Origin: Bacteroidales bacterium
GTDB taxonomy: Bacteria; Bacteroidota; Bacteroidia; Bacteroidales; WCHB1-69
Length of the DNA stretch: 64,000 nt
Assembly (NCBI GenBank): GCA_017535665.1
Contig: JAFXTS010000008.1
Coordinates: 7,165-71,164, forward strand
Direction of reading: 5' to 3'
This document shows positions 55,738 through 62,834 of the stretch, one piece after another. Numbering within the stretch: the first letter of the stretch is position 1; each line of letters starts with the position of its first letter. The notes under the pieces are model-generated. The model was given only the letters and a program-made list of their open reading frames with translations, searched no databases and was not told the origin of the DNA. The position numbers and the translations under genes were made by a program.

Positions 55738-56277
55738 ATGAAAGATCTTTCAATGCATATCATGGACATTTTGCAGAACTCCACCCGCGCCGGTGCCACC
55801 GAGGTGACATTGGAGGTGATCGAGAATCCTGCTGCCGACACCCTCACCATCCGCTTCATCGACAACGGCTGCGGAATGGATGCCGAAACCGTCCAGAAGG
55901 TTATCAACCCGTTTTTCACTACCCGTACCACCCGCAAGGTGGGCCTCGGACTGCCGTTGCTGAAGCAGAACACCGAGCAGACCGGCGGCAGCCTTGACAT
56001 ACAGTCAGAAAAGGGCAAGGGCACCACCGTGACCGCTGTCTTCGGCCTCACGCACCTCGACCGTCCGCCGATGGGCGACCTCGCCGGCACCGTCGTCCTC
56101 ACCGCCTCTGCCTACCCCGACATCCGCTTCATCTTCCACTACCATTCCGACCAAACCGACTACGTGTTCGACACCGACGAGGTGAACGAAGCCCTCGACG
56201 GGATGTCCATCCAAGAACCGGAAATCGTACAGTATCTTATTGAGATGGTGAAGGAGAACATCGGAAACGTCAGTTGA
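55738..56277 (+). CDS. GHKL-type ATPase (anti-sigma-factor/serine-kinase-like ATP-binding protein)
   Basis: N-box MDILQNSTRAGA, G1 IDNGCGM and G2 KVGLGLPLL. ATG at 55738 preferred to the TTG at 55711. Confidence 0.78.
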   Translation: MKDLSMHIMDILQNSTRAGATEVTLEVIENPAADTLTIRFIDNGCGMDAETVQKVINPFFTTRTTRKVGLGLPLLKQNTEQTGGSLDIQSEKGKGTTVTAVFGLTHLDRPPMGDLAGTVVLTASAYPDIRFIFHYHSDQTDYVFDTDEVNEALDGMSIQEPEIVQYLIEMVKENIGNVS

Positions 56278-56300
56278 AACTGAAAACTGGAAACTAATCT
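56274..56300. repeat. Heptad units TTGAAA CTGAAAA CTGGAAA CTAATCT spanning the ATPase TGA stop
   Basis: Read directly. The stop codon at 56275-56277 is part of the first unit, and a second in-frame TGA follows one codon later. Confidence 0.75.
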
Positions 56301-56307
56301 TCCGCTA

Positions 56308-57357
56308 ATGCGCTGTTATAGAATTCTTTTCATATTGATAGCAAATCTATTAGTCCTCCACTATTCTGGTTTTTCGCAGCGTGGAGACGAAAGGAAGTAT
56401 AGGAGTTTCCAAGGCAGTACGCTCATTTTCTACAACGACAGTACATACAATTACTATTATTCTCCCGGATGTGATATTTGTCCAGAACTGCCAGTTAATG
56501 CTTATAATACAGGAATATACGTCAAACATAAAAAGAGGGCATATTATTTGTACACTAACCCTAATCTGAATCCGTGTAAACCTGTTTACCTGTCGGGAAA
56601 AGAAGCCCAAACATCAGATTCTTTGTTCCATCTGACCATCGTTGATTCTATTAAAATAAGCAGCGAAGACGTTTGGACAGGCTTTGATGATATTCATGAC
56701 CATCGAAATTATTACTATTTGGTGAAAATATTGTATTCCCACGACTCTCTTGATTCTGTAAAACAGATACAAAGAATGGAACTTTATGGTCAATACTATC
56801 ACGATTCCAAATTTGATGTTGAAGTTTACAAACAAGACTCAATTTTAGCAATGAAATTCAAAAAGGAGGATGAACAACGTGGACTCACGGTTGTGAATGG
56901 AACCTATTTCCAACAATTCATCTGTTATGACCAGCAATTGGATTTTGTGCCTGTCAAGGGACTTCCCATCCGGTCCATTGAAATAGAGATTCATCCATTT
57001 TACCAGGATCACTCATTATCTAACTATACCGATGGCTTTGCAAAGTGTTCTTATCCTGTTCAAAATGAAAATAGTTCTCATTTCACCCTAGCGATACCTG
57101 AAGAAGCGTATCAGAAGATTCACAATCCCTTTTATTATCAATGTATTGCAGAAATCGTAAATCAGAGAACTATCATTTTTGACCGTCAGGTATTTTTCAA
57201 ATTGCCAAAAAATGAAAAGAATTACAATCGTTTGCGAAAAAACGGCAAACCTCCGAAACTACGCAATTCCTATGGCTCTTTCTATGGATACAGACGATTA
57301 CTAATATTTGAAAAACGACACAAAATTTACGACCCATATAGACATAACAACGACTGA
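56308..57357 (+). CDS. Hypothetical secreted Tyr/Asn-rich protein, in an AT-rich island
   Basis: N-terminal hydrophobic signal (ILFILIANLLVLHYSGFSQ). I recognise no motif. Clearly lower GC than neighbours by eye. Flanked by repeat arrays. Confidence 0.55.
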   Translation: MRCYRILFILIANLLVLHYSGFSQRGDERKYRSFQGSTLIFYNDSTYNYYYSPGCDICPELPVNAYNTGIYVKHKKRAYYLYTNPNLNPCKPVYLSGKEAQTSDSLFHLTIVDSIKISSEDVWTGFDDIHDHRNYYYLVKILYSHDSLDSVKQIQRMELYGQYYHDSKFDVEVYKQDSILAMKFKKEDEQRGLTVVNGTYFQQFICYDQQLDFVPVKGLPIRSIEIEIHPFYQDHSLSNYTDGFAKCSYPVQNENSSHFTLAIPEEAYQKIHNPFYYQCIAEIVNQRTIIFDRQVFFKLPKNEKNYNRLRKNGKPPKLRNSYGSFYGYRRLLIFEKRHKIYDPYRHNND

Positions 57358-57432
57358 AACGCGCTACAACACAGAGACGCGCTACAGCACGTCTCTACAA
57401 CATAAAACTGAACCCTGTCCCCTGAACCCTGT
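57354..57432. repeat. Short direct repeats after the orphan gene stop: ACGCGCTACA twice (18-nt spacing) and CTGAACCCTGT twice (14-nt, i.e. 2 x 7, spacing). Contains the hairpin AGAGACG-N10-CGTCTCT.
   Basis: Read directly. The region begins with CTGAAAC, which contains the TGA stop at 57355-57357. Confidence 0.7.
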
Positions 57433-57498
57433 GTTCTTCCCTTTTACGAAACAATCGATCAGCCGCCATACTATGACGGCTCTACCGAATAAGAACCA

Positions 57499-57565
57499 TT
57501 AACTCCTTAACTTTTTAGTTCCTTAACTCCAAACTATTAACTATTAATTATTAACTCTTAACTTG
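57499..57565. repeat. 8-nt phased array TTAACTCC TTAACTTT TTAGTTCC TTAACTCC AAACTATT AACTATTA ATTATTAA CTCTTAAC. TTAACTCC is the reverse complement of the GGAGTTAA word found at 38581-38620.
   Basis: Read directly. Lies 18-84 nt upstream of the MATE start. Confidence 0.85.
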
Positions 57566-57582
57566 AAAAAACCGTAACTACC

Positions 57583-58917
57583 TTGCTCCCGTCGAATTAC
57601 ACCACCCGCAGCATCATCGCCCTTGCCTTGCCGATTATGGCGGGGAATTTGGCGCAGACGATCATCACGTTTGTGGATACGGCGTTTCTCGGTCATCTCG
57701 GACAGGTGGAGCTTGGGGCGGCCATGATGGCGGGACTCTACTACTACGTCTTTTCGACGCTGGCGTGGGGCTTCGCGACGGGCATCCAGATTATTGTGGC
57801 GCGGCGGTTCGGGGAGAACAATCTCAAGGAGGTCGGGGCGGTGTTCAAACACGGTCTGCTGGTGGTGGCGGCCCTGTCGGTGCTGCTGTTCCTGCTGCTG
57901 CACTATGGCACCGACATTTTCCTGAAAGGCATCATCACCTCCCCCGACATCCTGAAAGTGTCGGAAGAATTTATGCAGTACCGCCACTACGGCATTATTT
58001 TCGTATGCTTCAACTTCCTGTTCCGCTCGCTGTATGTGGGACTTTCCGATACGAAAATCATCATTTACACCACGTTCCTGATGGCGTTGGTGAACATCTT
58101 TTTCGACTACGGTTTCATTTTCGGGAACTGCGGACTGCCGGAGTTAGGGGTTTCGGGCGCGGCGATTGCCTCCGTGCTGGCCGAAATATCGGCGTTCATC
58201 TTCTTCATTTTCTATACGCTGTTCCGTCTTCCCACCAGAAAGTACGGCATCTTCCCCATCAAAAAGGTGCGGATGCCGTTGGTCAAGTCCATCGTGGGGC
58301 TGTCGCTGCCGACGATGGGCCAGCGCTTGGTATCCTTCGGGGCGTGGTTTGTGTTTTTCGTGATGATTGAGAGCACGGGCGAGCTGGCCGTGGCGGTGTC
58401 GGGCATCGTGCGCAGTGCCTATATGATTATATTGGTGCCGGTGTTCGCCTTCTCTGCTGCCGCCAACACGCTCACCAGCAGGATTATCGGCGAGGGCTAT
58501 GCCGACAAGGTGGGACTTTTGCTTCGTAAGATCTTGAAAATCTGTCTGATATTCTTGGTGGTACTGGTGGCAGTATGCGCTATCATACCCGACACGATAG
58601 CCACCATCTACACCGATGATGCGGCGTTGGCGGCGGCCTCGGTGCCGTCGTTACGGGTGGTGTGCGTGAGTGCCCTGCTGATGAGCGGTGCCTGCATCCT
58701 CTTCGAGGCGGTGTCGGGCACGGGCCGGACGATGGTGGCCTTCATCCTTGAGTCGGCCATCTTGGTAGCTTATATCGGTTATATCCTGCTGGTTACAAAA
58801 GTGTTCCCGATGCCCGTCGAGGTGATTTGGGTGGCAGAAATCCTGTACGCCACCCTGCTGGGAGTGGTGTCGTGGGGATATTTAAAGAAGGGGAATTGGA
58901 GGGAGAAACGGATTTAA
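57583..58917 (+). CDS. MATE family efflux transporter (TTG start in the ORF track)
   Basis: 12 TM helices. N-terminal IIALALPIMAGNLAQTIITFVDTAFLGHLG is the MATE signature. Confidence 0.85.
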   Translation: MLPSNYTTRSIIALALPIMAGNLAQTIITFVDTAFLGHLGQVELGAAMMAGLYYYVFSTLAWGFATGIQIIVARRFGENNLKEVGAVFKHGLLVVAALSVLLFLLLHYGTDIFLKGIITSPDILKVSEEFMQYRHYGIIFVCFNFLFRSLYVGLSDTKIIIYTTFLMALVNIFFDYGFIFGNCGLPELGVSGAAIASVLAEISAFIFFIFYTLFRLPTRKYGIFPIKKVRMPLVKSIVGLSLPTMGQRLVSFGAWFVFFVMIESTGELAVAVSGIVRSAYMIILVPVFAFSAAANTLTSRIIGEGYADKVGLLLRKILKICLIFLVVLVAVCAIIPDTIATIYTDDAALAAASVPSLRVVCVSALLMSGACILFEAVSGTGRTMVAFILESAILVAYIGYILLVTKVFPMPVEVIWVAEILYATLLGVVSWGYLKKGNWREKRI

Positions 58918-59348
58918 AAACCTCCCTCAAATCGTTCCACCTTTTCCTTATACATCGGATTGATGGGAATGGAACGCTCGGTCTGCCGGTCGAAACCTGC
59001 CAACACGCTGTGACATACGGTTTTCACGGCATTCGTTTCGGCGCAACGCAGCCGCTGCACCATCTTCATGCTTTTATTGCCAAAGGCATAAATGGCGGTC
59101 TCACACACTATATGGTCATGAATCTTAATGGGTTGCATGAAGTCCATGTCCACATGCACCAGCACGAGGTCCATCTTCATCCAGTCGATTTTTTCTCCGA
59201 AAACCTCCTCGAAATACTGGCTTCTCCCATAATCGAAATAGTTGCACTGCACGCCGTTGTTCACATGCGCAAAGGGATCCAAATCGCACATCTTGATTTG
59301 GATAGGAGCTGAAAAATGGAATTGCACCTGACTTTCTTCCATTACCAT
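58914..59348 (-). CDS. Hotdog-fold acyl-CoA thioesterase (4HBT family)
   Basis: IQIKMCDLDPFAHVNNGVQCNYFDYGR. 144 aa from the ATG at 59348. Confidence 0.75.
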   Translation of the reverse strand: MVMEESQVQFHFSAPIQIKMCDLDPFAHVNNGVQCNYFDYGRSQYFEEVFGEKIDWMKMDLVLVHVDMDFMQPIKIHDHIVCETAIYAFGNKSMKMVQRLRCAETNAVKTVCHSVLAGFDRQTERSIPINPMYKEKVERFEGGF

Positions 59349-59365
59349 AATAAAATTAGAAATTG

Positions 59366-59995
59366 TTAGAAAAGAGTGGGTTCCCAATTGAAAAAGCCCT
59401 GTATTTTGCGGCCCGACCGCGACTCGAAGTTGAGTAGCAGCAGTTTGAGGTCCACGCCCCAGTGGAAGCGTCCCATCTTGCCAGAGGAGCATATCACGCG
59501 GTGACAGGGGATGAGATAGATGACGGGATTGTTGCCCACGGCGTTGCCCACCGGCCGCAGCGAGCGCGGCCTACCGATGTTGCGGGCAATCTCGCCGTAG
59601 GTCGAGACCTTGCCGACCGGTATCTTGAGCAGCTCCTGCCACACCGCCATCTGGAAATCGGTGCCGCGCACATAGATACGGATTTTGCCGACATGTTTCC
59701 AGTCCTTCATCAGGAAGTGGCGCACGTTCTGGTGCTCGGGCATGGTCTGCCGCTTGAACTCGGCGTTGGGGTAGCGGGCACGCATCTCGCCCATGCACAC
59801 GTCATCCTCGTCCATCACGCCCATAAAGCAGATGCCGCCATCCACCGAGCCGATGAGCATACGGCCGAACGGGGTATAGATGATGCTGTGGGTGATGAGC
59901 ATCCGTTTCCGACGGCGGCCCCACACCGAACGGGGCATCTGTTCGATGCTGATCATTTCAGCCGGCACGCGCCCCAGGTTCTTCAACTCTTTCAT
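59366..59995 (-). CDS. ogt: Methylated-DNA--protein-cysteine methyltransferase
   Basis: Active site IPCHRVI, VSTYGEIA and VGNAVGNNP. ATG at 59995. Confidence 0.88.
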   Translation of the reverse strand: MKELKNLGRVPAEMISIEQMPRSVWGRRRKRMLITHSIIYTPFGRMLIGSVDGGICFMGVMDEDDVCMGEMRARYPNAEFKRQTMPEHQNVRHFLMKDWKHVGKIRIYVRGTDFQMAVWQELLKIPVGKVSTYGEIARNIGRPRSLRPVGNAVGNNPVIYLIPCHRVICSSGKMGRFHWGVDLKLLLLNFESRSGRKIQGFFNWEPTLF

Positions 59996-59996
59996 G

Positions 59997-60992
59997 TTAT
60001 TCAAAAATGTGATTCGACAAAATTTCCTCCTTCAGCCGCTGCAACGGGATGGGAGTCACGCCGCTGTATTCGCACACGATGCCGCCGGCGAGGTTGGCAA
60101 TCTGCGCCGTCTGCTCGGGCTGCAAACCTGCCAACAGACAGAGTGTGGCCACCGAGATGACCGTGTCGCCCGCCCCCGACACGTCGCTAATGCGCCGCAG
60201 GTAAGCAGGTTGCGTGAAGAAACTATCACGCTCGCGGTCGTACAACGCCACCCCCTTTTCCGACATGGTGGTGAACAGATAGCGGATACCACACTTTTGT
60301 GCGAAGTCGCGCATCAGCTGTTCCACCCGTTCCATCGGCAGCTGCTGGGCTTTCATCTCCAGACCGTCGGCCAGCTCCTTCAGGTTGGGCTTGAACATGT
60401 CAACCCCTTGATAATGAGCAAAGTTGCGTTTCTTCGGATCCACCGTCACGATGATGTTTCGCTCTTTGGCCCAGGCCACCACCTGCGCAATCAGCGGGGC
60501 GGAGATCACGCCTTTGTCGTAATCCTCAAAGATGATGGCATCCACCTTGCGGCTATTCATCACCTGCTGGAGCATGGCGAGGAAAGCCTTCTGCTCCACC
60601 TCATCCAACAAAAAACAGTCTTCATCGTCCACGCGAAGCACTTGGCGGGCATTGGCGATGATGCGGTATTTGATGGTGGTTTTGCGATAGTCGGAGTGAT
60701 AGAGACAGTCGGTGGCAAGGCCGTGTTCCTTCATCAGCGAGAGGAACTCGTGGCTCTTTTCATCGTTTCCGATGACTGAGCACAGCAACGGGGTGGCACC
60801 CAACGACTGGAGGTTGATGGCCACGTTGGCGGCGCCGCCCAGCCGGTAATAGCGCTCCTCCACATCCACAATCGGGACCGGCGCCTCGGGCGAGATTCTT
60901 CCCACGCTGCCCTTCAGATAAGCGTCGATCATCACGTCCCCGATTACGAGAACCGTGGATGACGCGAATTTATTTATCAGTTGGTTGATCAT
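59997..60992 (-). CDS. PfkB-family sugar kinase, RfaE domain-I-like (D-glycero-beta-D-manno-heptose-7-phosphate kinase)
   Basis: VLVIGDVMIDAY..G.V.RISPEAPVPIV, GGAANVA and DVSGAGDTVI. Confidence 0.8.
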   Translation of the reverse strand: MINQLINKFASSTVLVIGDVMIDAYLKGSVGRISPEAPVPIVDVEERYYRLGGAANVAINLQSLGATPLLCSVIGNDEKSHEFLSLMKEHGLATDCLYHSDYRKTTIKYRIIANARQVLRVDDEDCFLLDEVEQKAFLAMLQQVMNSRKVDAIIFEDYDKGVISAPLIAQVVAWAKERNIIVTVDPKKRNFAHYQGVDMFKPNLKELADGLEMKAQQLPMERVEQLMRDFAQKCGIRYLFTTMSEKGVALYDRERDSFFTQPAYLRRISDVSGAGDTVISVATLCLLAGLQPEQTAQIANLAGGIVCEYSGVTPIPLQRLKEEILSNHIFE

Positions 60993-61031
60993 CTTGTAAT
61001 TGAATATGCCAAAATATGACGCTGCGGAAAT

Positions 61032-61427
61032 TTAGTGGTGGTGACCACAGCCGCCACAGCCACCGGTACTGCCATGACCACCACAGCCCTGACCCTTTTG
61101 TGCTTGTGTGCAGCAAGAAGGAAGCTTGGCACGCGCCTCGGCATTGGCCTTCACATTGTCGGCATCGTAGCCCAACTGGCTGATGCCCTGACGCAAAGTC
61201 TCGGGAGAGGTCTTCTGGGGCTGGTAGGTGATGGTAACTTTCGCCGTTTTCAGGTCGTAGGTGCACTTCTCCACGCCTTTCCATTGCGGCACGTTGTCCA
61301 TCATCACTTTCTTGCAATGCTCGCAGGTGCCATTGGTCTGTATGGTAATGGTTTGAGTTTCAGCTTTCTGTGCAAAAGCGGTCATACCCATCAGGGCGAC
61401 AACCAGAAAAGTAAGCAGTTTTTTCAT
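61032..61427 (-). CDS. Secreted heavy-metal-associated (HMA) domain protein with a Cys/Gly/His-rich tail
   Basis: Signal peptide. GTCEHC metal-binding loop. Tail SCCTQAQKGQGCGGHGSTGGCGGCGHHH. Confidence 0.75.
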   Translation of the reverse strand: MKKLLTFLVVALMGMTAFAQKAETQTITIQTNGTCEHCKKVMMDNVPQWKGVEKCTYDLKTAKVTITYQPQKTSPETLRQGISQLGYDADNVKANAEARAKLPSCCTQAQKGQGCGGHGSTGGCGGCGHHH

Positions 61428-61456
61428 TTTCCAATAATTATTACAAAAATCGGCAA

Positions 61457-61464
61457 CAAAATTA
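61457..61464 (-). promoter_or_regulatory. -7 box TAATTTTG for the HMA protein gene
   Basis: Exact match 29 nt before the ATG at 61427. Confidence 0.4.
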
Positions 61465-61514
61465 CAACTTTTCCGTATAACTCAGTTAATCGGAGAAAAA
61501 TAGACTCTTTTTTT

Positions 61515-62048
61515 ATGAAAAAATGGGGATTGACAGGCGGTATCGGAACGGGTAAAACCTTTATTTCCAAGACTTTCTTGAAAAAAGGCATTCCTGTATT
61601 CTATGCCGACGACGAGGCCAAGAAACTCTACGCTGATGCAGAAGTGTTGCAGCAACTTCGGGAGGTTTTCGGTGAAAAAGTGTTTGAAAATGGCAAACCC
61701 AACTTCCGGAAACTGGCGGATTTGGTTTTCAACAACCACGATGCCCTCGAAAAACTGGAGGCCATTCTCCATCCTCGTGTGATGGGAATGTTCGAGCAGT
61801 GGGCGACACAGCAGCACAGCGAAATCGTCATCATGGAGTCGGCCATTCTCTATGAGGCTCATTTAGAGCACTATTTCGACAAGGTGATGGTCGTCAATGC
61901 TTCCGTAGGCAAGCGCATAGAACGCATCAAGCGGAGAAATCCCGAGCTGACAGAGGCGGAAATCATGGCGCGGATCAACCGGCAGATGTCGCAGGAAGAG
62001 AAGTGCGCCCTCGCCGATGAGGTCATCGAGCACGAGGAAGACTGGTGA
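61515..62048 (+). CDS. coaE: Dephospho-CoA kinase
   Basis: GLTGGIGTGKT P-loop at the N-terminus, about 177 aa. ATG at 61515 inside the longer ORF. Confidence 0.88.
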   Translation: MKKWGLTGGIGTGKTFISKTFLKKGIPVFYADDEAKKLYADAEVLQQLREVFGEKVFENGKPNFRKLADLVFNNHDALEKLEAILHPRVMGMFEQWATQQHSEIVIMESAILYEAHLEHYFDKVMVVNASVGKRIERIKRRNPELTEAEIMARINRQMSQEEKCALADEVIEHEEDW

Positions 62049-62049
62049 A

Positions 62050-62084
62050 CTGAAAATTGAGAATTGAAAATTGAAAACTGGGAG
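62050..62084. repeat. Five 7-nt units CTGAAAA TTGAGAA TTGAAAA TTGAAAA CTGGGAG immediately after the coaE TGA
   Basis: Read directly. The last unit plus the following TTTT forms a small hairpin, AAAACT-GGG-AGTTTT. Confidence 0.85.
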
Positions 62085-62087
62085 TTT

Positions 62088-62519
62088 TTATACAAACTTT
62101 ACGTTCTGCAACTCTCTTCCAATAGTATGCAATCCTTCAATGATGCGTGCGCATTGCTCCGGACGTGGTTTGGAAACAGCATTGGCATAGTGAGAGAGTT
62201 GAGCATGGCGGATGCCAGTTGCGCGGCTTAATGCTGCCAACGTGGTAAATTGCTGAGCCTCATGCAGGATAGCACTTACTCGCTTTTCATATACCAATTC
62301 ATAATTTCCATTTTTTATATCTTCCGAAATAGGGTCTCCGTCATTGATACATCCTTCCAAGTGGAACTGCAACCCCTCTTCGGTCTCCTTGCGCAAATCT
62401 TCGAAAGTTCTACCCGTTGAGATCACCAACCCATTAATGCGGGGGTCGCTAATATAGGATGCGTAATTTTTGCCGCACCAATCTACTTTTACAATAATTC
62501 TTTCCATAACCATTCGCAT
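62088..62519 (-). CDS. hicB: HicB-family antitoxin with a C-terminal HTH
   Basis: HicB-like N-terminal fold plus HTH TLAALSRATGIRHAQLSHYANAVSKP. Immediately downstream of hicA. Start is ambiguous (ATG at 62519, 62513 or 62507, or GTG at 62540). Confidence 0.78.
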   Translation of the reverse strand: MRMVMERIIVKVDWCGKNYASYISDPRINGLVISTGRTFEDLRKETEEGLQFHLEGCINDGDPISEDIKNGNYELVYEKRVSAILHEAQQFTTLAALSRATGIRHAQLSHYANAVSKPRPEQCARIIEGLHTIGRELQNVKFV

Positions 62520-62530
62520 TGATACAGTGA

Positions 62531-62725
62531 TTATTTCCACCCTGCTTGTTTGATAATACTATCTAAAAGGTCTCCGTCTAAATCATCCGACAACTTCTTG
62601 TTTACCGTTACCTTGCCTTTCTTTGTCGGATGCTTAAATTGTCTATGATCACCTTTTGTATAGGCGAGAAACCAGCCATCGTCTTTCAGCATCTTGATTA
62701 CATCTCTTACTTTCTTAGTCTTCAT
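62531..62725 (-). CDS. hicA: HicA-family mRNA interferase toxin
   Basis: KKVRDVIKMLKDDGWFLAYTKGDHRQFKHPTKKGKVTV is the YcfA/HicA signature. 64 aa from the ATG at 62725. Confidence 0.85.
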   Translation of the reverse strand: MKTKKVRDVIKMLKDDGWFLAYTKGDHRQFKHPTKKGKVTVNKKLSDDLDGDLLDSIIKQAGWK

Positions 62726-62752
62726 AGTAGTGGGAGAAACGATTTGAGGGTG

Positions 62753-62760
62753 CAAAAATA
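62753..62760 (-). promoter_or_regulatory. -7 box TATTTTTG for hicAB
   Basis: Exact TAnnTTTG match at an appropriate distance from the ATG at 62725. Confidence 0.45.
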
Positions 62761-62780
62761 GTATTATTTTTAATACTATT
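62757..62780. promoter_or_regulatory. Perfect 10-bp inverted repeat AATAGTATTA-TTTT-TAATACTATT, candidate HicB operator
   Basis: Overlaps the minus-strand -7 box TATTTTTG (62753-62760), which is 27 nt upstream of the hicA ATG. Confidence 0.5.
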
Positions 62781-62834
62781 CAAAAATTTTGAAAAAAAAT
62801 TTTTTAGAAAAAAAAAGACAAAAAGTCTCTCCCC

